Shown here: in pieces, positions 1 through 13,385 of the stretch
How positions within the stretch are numbered: the first letter of the stretch is position 1
Layout: every line of letters begins with the position of its first letter
Assembly (NCBI GenBank): GCA_964016885.1
Contig: OZ024745.1
Location: 30,442,001 to 30,506,000 of the forward strand
DNA: 64,000 bases
Direction: 5' to 3'
Origin: Eledone cirrhosa
Taxonomy: Eukaryota
Made by a program: the position numbers and the translations under genes
The notes under the pieces: generated by a model
Told to the model about the DNA's origin: nothing
The model's database searches: none
Seen by the model: the letters and a program-made list of their open reading frames with translations, nothing else

Positions 1-175
1 CTCCCAGTCCACACTGTAAACGTGGTTGGTGTTAGGAAGGGCATCCAGCCGTAGAAAATCTGCCAGACAGTCCTATACGAGCAAGACAACCAATCTTGCC
101 TCAAGTGGGACAATTCCCATCTAAACCCATGCTAGCATGGAAGATAGACGTTAAACGATTATGATGATGATGATG

Positions 176-176
<1 letters not shown>
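1..176 (+). mobile_element. 3' UTR/tail of an RTE-type LINE or its partner SINE
   Basis: GGTTGGTGTTAGGAAGGGCATCCAGCCGTAGAAAA...AACCCATGCTAGCATGGAAGATAGACGTTAAACG followed by (ATG)n. The same tail follows RTE coding sequence at 14855-15054. Confidence 0.75.
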
Positions 177-206
<30 letters not shown>

Positions 207-519
207 TGATCCCATAACTCCTGTTAGAGTTGTAGAGATGCTATAGTGACACAGGATTTCAGGGGCATTTTGTTTAAACCTGGTGGAGCCCATACCTTCT
301 GATCTGAATTTAGCATATTATTCTAGTGAAGGAGAGAGAGCGTGAGAGAAAGGAAGTGTAAAAGCATTATAGAGGAAGAGTCATCTCCAGTACATTTTTA
401 TCGACCTTGGCAAGATGTAAAGAAAAGTTAACCGCAGCAAGATTTGAACTCATATCACATCTGAATTGGAAGAAATTTGTATTAGCATTTGATTCCTTGT
501 TGAGTACTTCTTTACAGTG

Positions 520-1235
520 CTCTGCTTAAGGTTTTATTATATCCTGCTGATCTGTCAAGAGATTGTCCTCAACTGATAGGATGGGAGAGTATCCCTCACT
601 GTTTGGTTCAAACACTCCCTTCAAATTTCAATAAAAAGCCTTCATGTCATGCCTCTCAAATGATTCTTGAAGAGCTTTCACTCTTTCATCCCACCATTTT
701 TGCTTTATTTCCCATAGCTTTGCTTGAATTGTGTTTTTTGCTGCTTTGTAATGCTTTTTACTTTTGAGAATTTTGTCTGCTCTCCATTTCTTCTTGTGTA
801 GCCTGTATATTTCTTGAAGCTCCCCAAATATAATGTCAATATTTTCATGAGACCAGTCTTGGCTTCTCTTTAGAAAAGCCATGAGCCTCCCTTGAGAACT
901 CTCAGCTAAGTCCTTGATTCTTCAATATTTTCTGTGATGTTTATGTTCTACATATTTTCATTTAAAGCATTAACCAAAATTTTTCTTGCATCAGGTTTGA
1001 ACTTAGTGGTATCCAATTTATTTGTGAGTTGTTTCCAGTCATGTGTAACTGCTAGTTTTAGCTTCATTTTCATGCAACTTCACACTAAAGCACGGTCTGA
1101 CTAACACTGTCGAAGGAAAGGCCCGAGTTAATGTTACATCACTTTTATCATGGCTGTGCACCATGATATAGTCAAGCATATGCCTATGACCTGCCTATGG
1201 TACCTCCAGGTGGTTTTATATTTATTGGTCTGTTG
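520..1235 (-). mobile_element. Decayed RTE LINE fragment (endonuclease C-terminus and linker); paralog at about 17870-18600
   Basis: Minus-strand remnants LDYIMV and SDRALV, plus a linker resembling RTE (KLWEIKQKWWDERVKALQESFERHDMKAFY). Confidence 0.6.
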
Positions 1236-1763
1236 ATATAGATACCAAAGTCACTGAGAGATGCTATAGTGACACAGCATTTCTAGGGTATTTTGTTTAA
1301 ACCTAGTGGAGCCTATCCCTTCTTCAGATCTAAATATAGCATATTCTTCCAGAGAAGGAGAGAGAGCATGAGAGAAAGGAAGTAAAAAAGAGTTATAGAG
1401 GAAGAATCATATATATATATGCTATAATATGGTAGTGCTGGTGACAGGAAACAAGCATCCAGTCCACTTTGTAAAGTGTGAGTTTTGGTGCTATGACAAA
1501 AGAACAAACCAAAACATCATGATTTTATTGTAAGGAGGTTGCACTGGTGCCATGACAAAAAGCACCTAGTTCAGTCTGTTAGATGGTACTGCCAGAGTAA
1601 TGATATAATGCTACTGGTACATCTCATTAACTTGTTGCTATTCTAAAACAATGCCAGAATCGAATGTCATCTGATCTTATTAACTAGTTACAGAAGGTGA
1701 CAACAGATCTAATCCATGTAGGCATGGAAAATAATCATAAAATGATAATGATAATAAGGATGA

Positions 1764-1859
<96 letters not shown>

Positions 1860-1879
1860 GTAAATTATATTAAACATAC

Positions 1880-1927
1880 CTTTTTCCTTCATCATCTTTT
1901 CTTTTATTGCAGCCACAGCTATGACTT
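1880..1927 (-). CDS. Micro-exon m15 (48 nt): (E)[15 protein letters not shown]
   Basis: TTTTAACATCAG acceptor, AG|GTATG donor. The gene should continue past the left edge of the window. Confidence 0.78.
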
Positions 1928-2625
1928 CTGATGTTAAAAAAATTAACACAATGTCTTACATATCATTTGAAACAACATAATATTGACATTATATATTTCT
2001 ACTACATTCTACCTGCTTTTTGAATCTTATCAGTCTTTTATTACATATCTCACATTAAATATACTACTACTATATATATATGAGTATATACATTGTATAT
2101 ATGGATTGAAAAAGTAGCAGGAGAAATGAAATATTTGGAATGAATGAACAAAGAATGAAGTTTCCTCTTCAGCCACACATGGGCAATGCAATTTCATGCC
2201 AAAAGTGTTATTTCATAATATTGAGCCCAGATTGCATAACAGCTTAGAGCAAGCCACTGGAAAGATGTATATGAGACAATACAGCATAGAAACAGAGGAC
2301 AACTTATACATATATCCTCTGTTATGTGGTAGTGCTGGTGCCACGAAAAATGGCATCTAGTCAATCATATGAAGTGTGAGTGCCAGTGTTATGACAAAAA
2401 ACACTCAGTCCATCCTGTAAGATCAAACTGTCAGAGTCATGATAAAATGATACTGGTATACATCGTTAGCTAGTTGATAGTAGGGAGGGCATCCAGCTTT
2501 AAAAACAATGTCAGGATGGAATGTATGAGCAAATGACAGGCATCTGATCTGCCTAACCAGCCTCAGAAGGTGACAAGAAGTCTAACCCCTGCAAGCATAG
2601 AAAATATACATAAAATGATAATGGT

Positions 2626-2793
2626 AATAATTGTTTCTATGTTTGGCACAAGGCCAGCAATTATCCAGTCCATTACTGGTACTTTATTTTCTTGACCCCG
2701 TAAGGATGGAAGGCAAAGTTAACCTCGGCAGGATTTGAACTCAGAATGGCAAAGCATGGCGTCCGACCCTCTATCAATACTGCCAATCCACCG
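2626..2793 (-). mobile_element. tRNA-derived SINE, absent from duplicate copy B
   Basis: Reverse complement of GGTGGATTGGCAGTATTGATAGAG...GAGTTCAAATCC...GCCTTGTGCCAAACATAGAAACAATTATT. A-box and B-box-like motifs present. Confidence 0.8.
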
Positions 2794-2840
2794 GATGAAG
2801 ATATATATATATAAATATGTATACATTATATTCAACATAC

Positions 2841-2891
2841 CGTTTTCAAATGTCAGCATTCCTTCTTTTTTCACAGTAGCAATCAGGTTTT
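2841..2891 (-). CDS. Micro-exon m14 (51 nt): (E)NLIATVKKEGMLTFEN
   Basis: TTTAACATTAG acceptor, G|GTATGTTGAATATAAT donor, open frame. Confidence 0.78.
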
Positions 2892-2983
2892 CTAATGTTA
2901 AAGAAAAGAATTAACAAAATGTCTTACATTTCATTAGAAACAACATATTACATTGACTTTCCCCTCCTCATATTATATATATA

Positions 2984-3030
<47 letters not shown>

Positions 3031-3350
3031 GTACCATAACTCCCGGTAGAGTTGTAAAGATGTTATAGTGACACAGCATTTCTGGGGCATTTGTTTAAAC
3101 CTGGTAGAGCCCATCCCTTCTCTAGATCTGAATATAGCATATTCTTCAAGACAAGGAAAGAAAGCATGAGAGAAAAGAAGTGAAAAAGAGTTATAGAGGA
3201 AAGATCATCTCCCTTGGCAAGATGAAAAGAAAAGTTAACTTCAGCAGGATTTGAACTCAGATCTCATTTGAGTTGGAAGAAGAAATCATGCTAACCTATT
3301 GAATGTTCTAACAACTACCAATTTGTGGCTTATATTATATATGTATATAT

Positions 3351-5120
3351 CATCATCATCATCACCATTTTATGTCCGTTCTTCCACGTTAGGATGGGTT
3401 AGACGGGTTGTCCTGTTGAGGGCAATGTCCAGTCGGCTGACCTTGCCTTGCTCATACGGGAACTGATTCTGGCTTGATTTCTACAGTTGGATGCCCTTCC
3501 TAACACCAACCTCATTTACAGTGAGTGCTGGGTGCTTTTTTTCCATAGCGCCTACACGTCCACCTTACAGTGTGGGCTGGGTGCTTTTTTGCCATGGCAC
3601 CTCCACGACCATTTTGCAGTGGGAGAGTGTGGAGGCATATTGACTATATGCTTCAGCTCGTACCCGTGGGGCGGTCGGGTCTTCTGTATTACTGCGTGAC
3701 GCCAGAGGTCACAGTCTTGTGTCATCGCCTTTGAGAGGTGTAATTGGGTAAGGTCGGCTTTTAACACTCCATCCCAGGTCTTCTTGAGTCTCCTCACTTC
3801 GCGGTTTCCATCGACTTCTAGTGCTCTGCACCTTTTTATGCAGCTGTCATCCTTCATACGCATCACATATTCATACCAACACAACCGCCTCTCCTGCACA
3901 CAGCATTTGATTCCTCTTATGCTCAGTCTCTCTCTCAATTCATTTATGCTTTGTCGTTCGCGTATATTACTATTACACATCCATCGGAGCATGCAGGCTT
4001 CGTTTCTCTCTAATCTATGTAAGACTTCCACCTTCAGCGCCCAGGTCTCACTACCATGTAACATTGCTGTTCGGATACCCGCATCATACAGTCTGCCTTT
4101 CATTTTGAGGGAGAAGCCTTTTGCAGCTAGCAGTGGTAGCAGTTCCCTGAACTTCTTCCATCCCATTCTTACCCTAGTTATTGTAATTTCTGAACACCCA
4201 CCTCCGCTGCTAATTCGGTCATCTAGGTAGTAGAAGCTGTCTACTGTCTCTACAGAGCCCTCCCAGAGATTGGTGGTACTTGTTTCCTGTGGCTGTTTGT
4301 TGCTTGCTGTCCCAGTACAGCTGCTGCATGTGAAGCCTACATTCTTAATTAAGCTTCCTGAGATCCCGCTACATCTCTTGTGCACCCATTGTTTGCATTT
4401 GGGGCAGAGAATGGAGTTCTTACCTACAGCTTTCCTACATACTGAGCAAGGCCATTTCCCTGAGGGGATCTGGGTTCTGTTTTCTCATCTACTTACAAGT
4501 ATCTTAGTCTTTGTCATGTTGACTTTGAGACCCTTTCTATCTAGTCCCTGCTTCCAAGTGTGGAATTTATTCTCTCGTTCTACCATAGATTCAGCTATAA
4601 GTGGAGGTCATCAGCATACAGGAGTTCCCATGGGCATCCAGTCTTAAACTCCTCCGTTATTGCCTGCAGGACTATGATGAACAGGAGAGGGTTAAGAACA
4701 GAGCCCTGGTGGACCCCAACCTGTACGCTAAATTCCTCGCTATACTCATTGCTAATCCTAACTTTGCTGACTGCTTCCCTATACATGACTTGTACAGCTT
4801 TCACAAGCCATTCATCTACTCCTAGTTTTCTAAGAGCCCACCAGATTACTGCACGTGGAACTCTGTCAAAGGCTTTCTCGAGATCGACGAATGACAGGTA
4901 GAATGACTTACTTTTAGCTAGGTACTTTTCCTGTAACTGCCTCACAAGTCACACTCCTCCTGCCTGTGGTCTTACTCCAGCCCCAGATCTCATCTGTCGC
5001 CTTTAGTAAGTTATTTTTTAGGAACTCCCAGTGCTCTTCTACATTGAATGTCTCTATCTGTTCTTTACTGTCATGGGTGTTAAGTAAAATATCTTTAAAT
5101 CTGTTACTGGCTGAGGGGTC
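3351..5120 (-). mobile_element. RTE-clade LINE, 5'-truncated and frameshifted (RT region plus 3' tail)
   Basis: RT motifs SFVDLEKAFDRVPR, GVHQGSVLNPLLF and LLYADDL. Cys-rich insert WPCSVC..CPKC..WVHKRC, MLHGSETW and an RTE C-terminus. (CAT)n tail at 3351; internal deletion near 4945. Confidence 0.9.
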
Positions 5121-5121
5121 T

Positions 5122-5474
5122 TTCAGACAATGTCACTGGATCGAGATTTTTGGCACCATGCAGTTGTACAGAAGATTCACCTTCCCTTGCATACAAACCT
5201 ACAGTCAGTAGACACCTCTTAACCCAATATACACCCCACCCCACAAACCCTACCCCATCCTCCCATTTCCATCCACTGTGTTGATGACACAACAAAAAGT
5301 ACCCAGTCCTCACTGTAAAAGTTGTTGGTGTTAGGAAGGGCAACCAGCCATAGAAAACCTGCCGGAGACACTTCCGTATGAGCGAGACACGGTCCCCCGA
5401 CCATTCCTGCATCAAATGGAACAAAACCGTCTAACCCATGTTAGCAGGGAAGATGGACGTTAAACAATGATGAT
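5122..5474 (+). mobile_element. RTE 3' end and UTR fragment
   Basis: Nearly identical to 26671-27022, which is the end of an RTE RT remnant. Confidence 0.8.
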
Positions 5475-5532
5475 ATGTATATATATATATATATACACAC
5501 ACACACAAATATATAAATTATATTAAACATAC

Positions 5533-5583
5533 CATCTTCAGGTGTCAGTTTTACATGTTTTCTCGAAGCAGCAAGTAGCATAA
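5533..5583 (-). CDS. Micro-exon m13 (51 nt): (V)MLLAASRKHVKLTPED
   Basis: TTTTAATTTTAG acceptor, G|GTATG donor, open frame. Confidence 0.78.
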
Positions 5584-6599
5584 CTAAAATTAAAACAACA
5601 AAATGGCTTAAATATCATTTGACACAACATATTACATTGACTTTAGCCCCTCATTTTATTATGTATATTTATAGATCAGTGATTGCCTTTTATCTTTACG
5701 GGGTTGATAAAATAAAGTCCCAGTGATGCACTGGGTTCAATTTAATCGACGTTTTACTCCCCCAAATTTATTTGGTCTTGTGTCTAAATCTGAAACCATT
5801 ATGTATGGACCCATAACTCCTGATAGAGTCATAGAGACACTAAAGTAAGTTACAGAGTTTCTTGGGCATTTTGTTTAGATCTGGTGGAGCCCAACCCCTC
5901 TCCAGGTCTGAACAAATTTAATTTCTTCCAGAGAAAGGAAAGAGTGATAGAGAGGAAGTGAGAAAGAGATATTAAGAAAATCAACACTAGTATTAGACTA
6001 ATACTGTTTTTATCAGCTGCGAACGGGTGAATGGCAGAGTAGACCCTGGTAGGATTTGAACTTAGATCATAGAGAACCAGAAGAAATCCTGCAAACTATT
6101 CTATCCAACATTCTAGCAACTCTGCCAATTTGCTGCCTATGTTACGCTTATTATTAAAAACCAAAATCTTTGAATATATTTTTAAATCTGTGTTTCTCAA
6201 TATTTATTTCCTGGCAATATTCTATGATTTGTGTGGAAGTTTACCTAATTTTGGATATCATTTCCTGCCCACCCTACCTACTATCATACCTTACAGTACT
6301 GACTTGGTGGGTGGGTTTTTTACATCCCCTTCTCCTTTTGCACTCTTCACCCCTATAGTATATGACATTTTAATGGAAACATTATTTAGGGTACAAAAGA
6401 CTTAGTGAAGGGTTGTGGCTACAACTGACTCAGGTATGGGGGATGACTACATACATTTGTGTGACAAATGAACAACAAAATATAAAACATGTAAGAGCTT
6501 GACATACATGTAAATCCCCAGAGAATCAACAAACAGTTGGGTGGCCCTCCTACTCCTAAAACCCAGGAAAAGAAAAAGACAGCCCTGCAGCTTTCTTCC

Positions 6600-7320
6600 T
6601 ATCAAGCACGAGACCTAAGATTTGCTACATTGAATGTTAGAACAATGAGGTAAGGGCAGAGGGATTGTGGAAATGTTAGAGAGGAGAAAAGTAGATGTGT
6701 GCTGTGTGCAAGAAGTGGAGGGGAAGTTCATCCAGATTCATCACAGGCAAGGAACACAGGTTCAAATTCTTCTGGATGGGTGGCAAAAGCAGGGTGGGCA
6801 GAGTAGAAATACTCTTGGCTTAGAGATGGGTAGACTAGGTAATTGAGGTAGTTTGGGAGAGTGATAGAATAATTAAATTTAGAAGCCCTGGGCAGTACTA
6901 CAGCCCCTATACTATCTACATATGCCCTGCAAGATGGACATGCCAATGAACAAAATGATCATTTCTATGAGGACCTCCTACAGACTACCTCAATGACAGA
7001 GGACTATGATCTTATGATTGTTGTTGGAAACTTCAATTGACATGTTGGGAAATATCAGGACGGCTTTCTTGGAATACACAGAGGCTATGGATATGGCACA
7101 AGAAAAGAGGAAGGAACTAAGCTTCTGCAGTTCTGTAATGTCTTCACTTAATGGTCTGTAACACAAACTTCAAGAAACCAGCCAATCACGTGATTACCTA
7201 CCAATCAGGGGGACATACAAGTCAAATAGACTTCATCCTCACCAGGAGATGAGACAAGACGTTGTAAATACCAAGTCTTTTCCTGGGGAGGAATGTACCT
7301 CTCAACATAGATTGTCTTGG
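6600..7320 (+). mobile_element. Decayed RTE apurinic-endonuclease region; paralog at about 28360-29080
   Basis: Remnant motifs ATLNVRTM, VDVCCVQEV, GNFN*HVG, QIDFIL and SQHRL, with stops and frameshifts. Confidence 0.8.
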
Positions 7321-7460
7321 AAGGAGGTGCAGTGCAGCTGCCAGGAATGTGTGTGTGTGTGTGTGTGTAGGGTGTGTGTGAAGTAGTGAAGTTGAGAATA
7401 ACTGTTAGGGAGTACTAGTGGGAGGAGGCAACGTCAAGTCACATTGTATGTAAGCTACAG

Positions 7461-7519
<59 letters not shown>

Positions 7520-8076
7520 GTATATATATATTTAAATATACATATATATATATATATACATCTAAATATATATATATATGTTGGCTGCCTCTTCGTTATC
7601 GAGTATGGCCATTGCACGATATACCATTATTAATAATTATTAATTAATTCTATCGTGCAATGCCTGTGCGTGAAGGTATTTTTTAAAGTGAGGAAAGACT
7701 GTGCACTGAGCCAATCCCACTCTCTGAGTGACAGTAGCTGTAACCCGAAAAGAAGAAAAGATCAACATCATTGGTAATTACTGACCCGCAGGTTTTATAT
7801 TGGAGTTATCCCAGTTTCCTGAGTTTCCTTCTCCTAGAAGAATGCCCTGACAAAGGCTAGGGGCCTTGACTCCCAGTGTTTTAACCGCACGACTATTTTT
7901 ATGTCCCCGCACATATACATATACATGCATATGTACATGTGTATGTATATACACATACATACATATGTACATGTGTATATACATATTTACACACTTTTGG
8001 ATGGCCGTTGACCCGTATATGTATATAACTACATACACACACAGACACACAAATATATAAATTATATTAAACATAC

Positions 8077-8127
8077 CTTCTTCACGTGTCAGCACTCCTT
8101 TCTTTTTCAAACCAGCAATTAGTTTTT
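8077..8127 (-). CDS. Micro-exon m12 (51 nt): (E)KLIAGLKKKGVLTREE
   Basis: TTTAACTTTAG acceptor, AG|GTATG donor, open frame. Confidence 0.78.
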
Positions 8128-8619
8128 CTAAAGTTAAAACAACAAAATGGCTTCAATATCATTTGAAACAACATATTACATTGATTTCCCCACTTAATTT
8201 TATTATGTAAAAAAAATCTTTAAATACATTTTTAAATCTGTGTTTCTCAATTTTTATTTCCTGGCAATATTCTATGATTTGTGTATAAGTTTACCCAATT
8301 TTGGTGTAGTGTTTCCTGGATCTCATTTCCTGCCCACCCTACCCTACTATTATACCTTACAGTACCAACTTGGTGGGTGGGTTTTTTACATCCCCTTCCT
8401 CCCTGTGTACTCTTCACTACTATAGTATATGAAATTTTACAGGAAACATTATTTAGGGTACAAAAGACTTAGTGAAGGGTTGTGGCTACTACTGACTCAG
8501 GTATGGGGGATGACTACATACATTTGTGTGACAAATAAACAACAGAATATAAAACATGTAAGAACTTGACATGCATGTAAATCCCCAGAGACATCTTTGA
8601 CAACTGTATCATGGAATGT

Positions 8620-9496
8620 ATGAACACTATTGGATTTACCAAGTTCAAATCATCCTGAACATTGAACTGCCTTTATCTGTAAAGAGTTCCATTAATATCA
8701 ATTGGGAATTGTTTCTCTCTCTGAAACATGGTTATCTGAGGATGGTCAGATAGAGTAACCAGACTCAGGATACACATTCTACAATGGCTACTCAGAAAAT
8801 GAGCATCATGAAGCCAGAGTTGGTTTTGCTCTAAAAACCTCTCTGTTGCAACATCTGCTGGAACTTCTGTATGGTATCTCCAATCAGATTATGACACTAA
8901 GGTTGTCACTTCACATTAACCACATTATGATTTAGGTCAGTGTGTATGCTCCAACTCTAGTAAGTCCCCAAGAAAGAATAGAGAAATTTTATGTGGATCT
9001 GTGAATAGTTTTGAAAAATGTAAATATGGAAAATAAACCTGTAGTAATGGGTGATTTGAATGCTTATATTACATGTGACTACATGGAGCAGCATTGGTCC
9101 TCATGGAATGGAAAAGTGTAATAGCAGTGGATTTCTTCTGCAGATGTACCAAGAATTCGATCCTGCCATAGGAAACATGGGAACATGTGGCAACACCGAT
9201 AATATGTTAAGAGGAATTTGAAGTGGTGTGCAAGAGAGAAGACTGCATTGGTATGGACATGTGATGTGCATGGATGATGATTGTTGGGTGAAGAAGTGCC
9301 TGGAAATCCCAGTGGAGGGGAGCCACAGTAGAGGTAGATTTAGGGAAACATGGGCAGAGGTCGTGAAGGCTGATCTCAAATAGCTGAGACTCACAGAGGT
9401 GATGACAAAGGAATACAGCAAGTGGAGAGATGCTATGCTGAAAAAGAACCGTCCAACCCGTGCAAGCATGGAAAAACGGACGTGATGGTGATGATA
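8620..9496 (+). mobile_element. Old RTE endonuclease remnant joined to an RTE 3' end
   Basis: SLSETW, GYTFY, VGFA, VYAPT and GDLNA motifs, then ERRLHWYGHVM and the tail CCGTGCAAGCATGGAAAAACGGACG. Confidence 0.7.
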
Positions 9497-9513
9497 AATT
9501 TTATTAAACATAC

Positions 9514-9564
9514 CTTCTTCACTTGGTAGAAAAGTTCCTACTTTTGCAGCAGCAAATAGTATTT
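9514..9564 (-). CDS. Micro-exon m11 (51 nt): (E)ILFAAAKVGTFLPSEE
   Basis: TTTTAAATTAG acceptor, AG|GTATGTTTAATA donor, open frame. Confidence 0.78.
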
Positions 9565-11265
9565 CTAATTTAAAAAAAATAATAATGCCTTACATATCAT
9601 TTGAAACAACATATTACATTGAGTTTTCTCACTCATTATATTATATTATATATGTTTGTGTGTGTTTATAGACCTGTAACTCCTGGTAGCGTCATAGGGG
9701 TGCTGTAGTGATATATGGCATTTCTTGGGCATTTTGTTTAAACCTGATGGAGCCTATTTCCTCTCCAGGTCTGAACACAACACATTTCTTCCAGAGTAAA
9801 TAAAGAGAGTGATAGAGAGGATGTAGGAAAGAGATATGGAGGAAGAATCAACTCCAGCACTGGACTGATACAGTTTTTATTGACCTCGAAAGAATGACTG
9901 ATAAAGTTGACCTCAAGGGAATTTGAACTCAGTGTACAGAGATCTGGAATGAATACTGCAAAGCATTCTATTCAATGTTTTAAAATCTCTGCCAATTTGA
10001 CACCTACATAGGTATGTATGTATATATTTATATAAACATGATAAAGTTATATCTGTATAAATACTGTATTATACACCAACATGTATAAATATATACACAT
10101 CTCTGATATGTAGGCATGTAAACATGCCAGAAAATACAAATTTCCCTGTAAATTGAAAAAATGAGGAACACATTTATTTGATTTCCAGATCTAATTGGAC
10201 CCTCATCAAAAGGTGTGTTTACCATCCAATCAACAAGAAAACATGCATTTGATGGGTGTATATACCTATTTGCTGTTAGTATTATTCAGAAATGGATGTA
10301 CTAATTTGCATATAATTAGCACTACTGTTGTTAATATATATATTAGGAAGTGTGTTAGCAGCGGAAGTGTACAATAAAGTTATATCTGTATAAATACAGT
10401 ATGTAACTGAGACTGCATCAATATAATAACTCCTCGCCCCTCTCATTTTTATTTTTATTTTTATTTGCAGTTTTTTTTTTATTCTGTCTTTATTGAACTC
10501 TTCAAATTCTGTTATTGTTGATGAAGGGTAAATGCCCAACACATTGACTGTTTCACTCTCTTTTACGCATGAAACTAATAAAACACAGTTAATGCATCCT
10601 TTTGTTTGTATATATGTATTCTTCATACATATATATATAGTTAATTAATCAAATTAATTTCAGATTGAGTTGTTAAATGTTTTGAAGACCTTCTAAGATG
10701 TCTTCATATGTCTTCCCTTTAATAACTTTCAAGCACGCGCACAGAAAATTGGTTTGGGCATTCAAAGGTTGTCAATGTTAGCAGTTGCTACTAAAGCTTG
10801 GGATTGGTGTGATATGGCAGGGTCTGTGCACATCTGTAAGTGTTATTGTTAACCTTGGCGACCTTTGAATGACTGTGCCAATATTGCATGTGGGCACCTG
10901 ATATGGAATTATTCGTTTGCTTATTTCAGTCAGTCTGACACTAGCAATACATGACCACATAAACTCCTCTCCAACGATCCTTCCTTCTCCCCCAATGATG
11001 GATGAGAAAGCCAAAATATAGGGGCTAATAAGGTAACTTCATCACTGGCATACATTTCATTTTACATTTCTTTTTCTTATTTCCTCCTCTCCTCCCGTAT
11101 CTCAATTCCTCCTACTGCCACCTTATTTGGTAACATGGAGATTTACCCATCTGCATTGTAGAGGCTTCCAAATACGATAATTTGTACTATTCCACAATGC
11201 TTGAAGCAAACTTAAACACTTATATATATATACATATATATATATAAAAATCATATTAAACGTAC

Positions 11266-11316
11266 CTTCTTCAACTGACAGCATTCCTTCTTTTTTTGCA
11301 GCAACAAGTAGTGTTT
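11266..11316 (-). CDS. Micro-exon m10 (51 nt): (E)TLLVAAKKEGMLSVEE
   Basis: TTAAACACTAG acceptor, AG|GTACGTTTAATAT donor, open frame. Confidence 0.78.
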
Positions 11317-11683
11317 CTAGTGTTTAAAAGAAATTAACATAATGGCTTAAATATCATTTGAAACCACATATCACATTGAGTTCCCCCCTCATTTTATTAT
11401 ATATATGTACGTATGGATGTATGGACTCATAATAAAGTTATAGTGACCTACAGCATTTCTTAAGCATTTTGTTTAAACCTGGCAGAGCCCACCTTCTCTT
11501 CAGAATGAAATAAAGCCAATTTCTTCCATAGTAAGAAAAGAGAGTGATAGAGAGGAAGTGAGAAATAGACATAGAGAAAATCGACACCAGTACTAAACTG
11601 ATAGTAACTATAACTTTTGATTTGTATCGAACATTATCCCCCTTTGTTTTCACTACAGTATATCTATCTATCTATCTATCTAT

Positions 11684-11719
<36 letters not shown>

Positions 11720-12063
11720 CCAGTCTGTACTGTAAAGTGGTTCTATAAGAGTCACGATAAAAAGCACCCAGTCTACACTGTAAAGTCGTCATGTTGGTGT
11801 CAAGACAAAAATCACCCAGTACACTCAGTAAATGTGGTTAGCGTTAGAATACAAAATAAAATACAAAATCAATTCTATGTGATCAAAACACAGTCTTCCA
11901 ACCTGGATCTCTCACAATGGGTTAGCATGTCCTACACTTGCTTGCATGACAATGGATGTTAAATGATGATGATGATGATAAAGATGATATAAACTAGTAT
12001 AAATAGTTTATCAACACAGTTGCTTGCTAACATTTATAATAATATTTGGGTTTGTACATAACA

Positions 12064-12194
<131 letters not shown>

Positions 12195-12840
12195 ATTGGT
12201 AGAGCTGGTGCTATCCAGTTCTCAATGTAAGGAGATAGAAATGGTGACACAACAAAAAACACCCAGCTGATTCTGTAAGATGGTACTGCCAGAGGCATGA
12301 TGACATTAAGAATGCATTCAGCCATTGAAAGCATGACAGAATGGAATGTATGAGAGTCATCTGACCTTCCTAACCAGCCTGAGAGGGTGACAACTGGTCT
12401 AACCCATGTAAGTATAGAAAAATAGACATAAAATGATAACGATAATAATGATGAGGATATATATATATCCAAGTCTATATGTTAACACATATCTGAGGAG
12501 CTTCCAATTCCAGAGTGATGTTCTATCATTAACCGATCATTCCTTGAACTGATCGACAATGAAACATATGTGATATGTAATTAAATATCTTATATATATA
12601 TATATATATATACGTGGTTGGTGTTAGGAAGGGCATCCAGCTGTAGAAAACCTGCCTGACAGTCCTATACGAGCGAGACTTGATCATCCGGATTAATCTT
12701 GCCTCAAGTAGGACAATTCCCATCTAAACCCATGCTAGCGTGGAAGATAGGCATTAAACGATGATGATTATGATGATGATATATATATATATGTACACTG
12801 ACACATAAATATAAATTATATTAAAATATATCAAACATAC

Positions 12841-12888
12841 CTTCTTCCGATGTTACGTATCCTGTTTTTATAGCAGCGACTAATACAT
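12841..12888 (-). CDS. Micro-exon m9 (48 nt): (D)VLVAAIKTGYVTSEE
   Basis: TTTTAACAACAG acceptor, AG|GTATGTTTGATATA donor, open frame. Confidence 0.78.
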
Positions 12889-13104
12889 CTGTTGTTAAAA
12901 AAAATTAACATAAAGGCTTACATATAATTTAAAACAGCATATTACATTGATTTTCACCCCCTCATTTTATCATATATATATGTATGTATGGACACATACA
13001 TCCTAGTAGAATAATAGGAGTACTGTAGTGATATATAGTGTTTCTTGGGTATTTCATTTAAAATTGGTAGAGCCCAGATGTGTAAAGGTGTGTGTGTACA
13101 TGTC

Positions 13105-13385
13105 TTAGTACCAGCACCAACACAGCTTTAGAAACCAAGCCCGGAGAAATGCTACAACACTTTCCAACTGCACATGGAATCTCTGCGACAATAACTCCAT
13201 CTATGAACTGAAATGGAGTGTCTTGCCCTTAGCCTAACCTTACACCAGGGGCCACCACCATGTAATATATGTCCTGAAGAAACCATCCAAATTTTGTCTG
13301 CCAAGAAACAACTACTTAATAGAATGAGTGAAGTTGTTACTTTGTGCAAACACCAAGCTTACAAGACCTACCTCATGACCCCTAC
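13105..13385 (+). mobile_element. Penelope-like element, GIY-YIG C-terminal remnant
   Basis: Translates HQHSFRNQARRNATTLSNCTWNL...YELKW...CNICPEETIQIL...LLNRMSEVVTLCKH, which aligns with the C-terminus of the 59011-60924 ORF (HHSSF...TALSELIWSL...CNLCLNEK...INRRTDLFSICLH). Confidence 0.75.

Larger units (their letters stand above)
204..8410. repeat. Segmental duplication, copy A (contains m15-m12)
   Basis: Collinear with 17556-29643. Both begin GCATGATCCCATAACTCCTGTTAGAGTTGT and share the same RTE remnants and exon order. They differ by later TE insertions. Confidence 0.92.

Noticed and set aside
1680-1949. Supplied ORFs such as MLIFLTSEV...GMFNIIYIY as stand-alone small proteins (also 16885, 20386, 31653, 35783)
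   Set aside because: Only the central 16-17 codons are exon. MLIF/LT is acceptor-side intron and GMFNIIY is the translated GTATGTTTAATATAAT donor.
3784-4901. Plus-strand ORFs at 3784-4230, 4270-4647 and 4560-4901
   Set aside because: Antisense shadows of the RTE reverse transcriptase.
5104-5424. Near-identical ORFs at 5104-5424 and 26604-26972 as a duplicated gene
   Set aside because: They are the antisense strand of an RTE 3' UTR; the identity reflects duplication or conversion.
6165-8590. Block of about 370 bp repeated at 6165, 8215, 27900 and partly 29450 as an extra exon class
   Set aside because: Donor-like motifs are present, but I found no consistent acceptor or conserved frame among copies; treated as duplicated intron.
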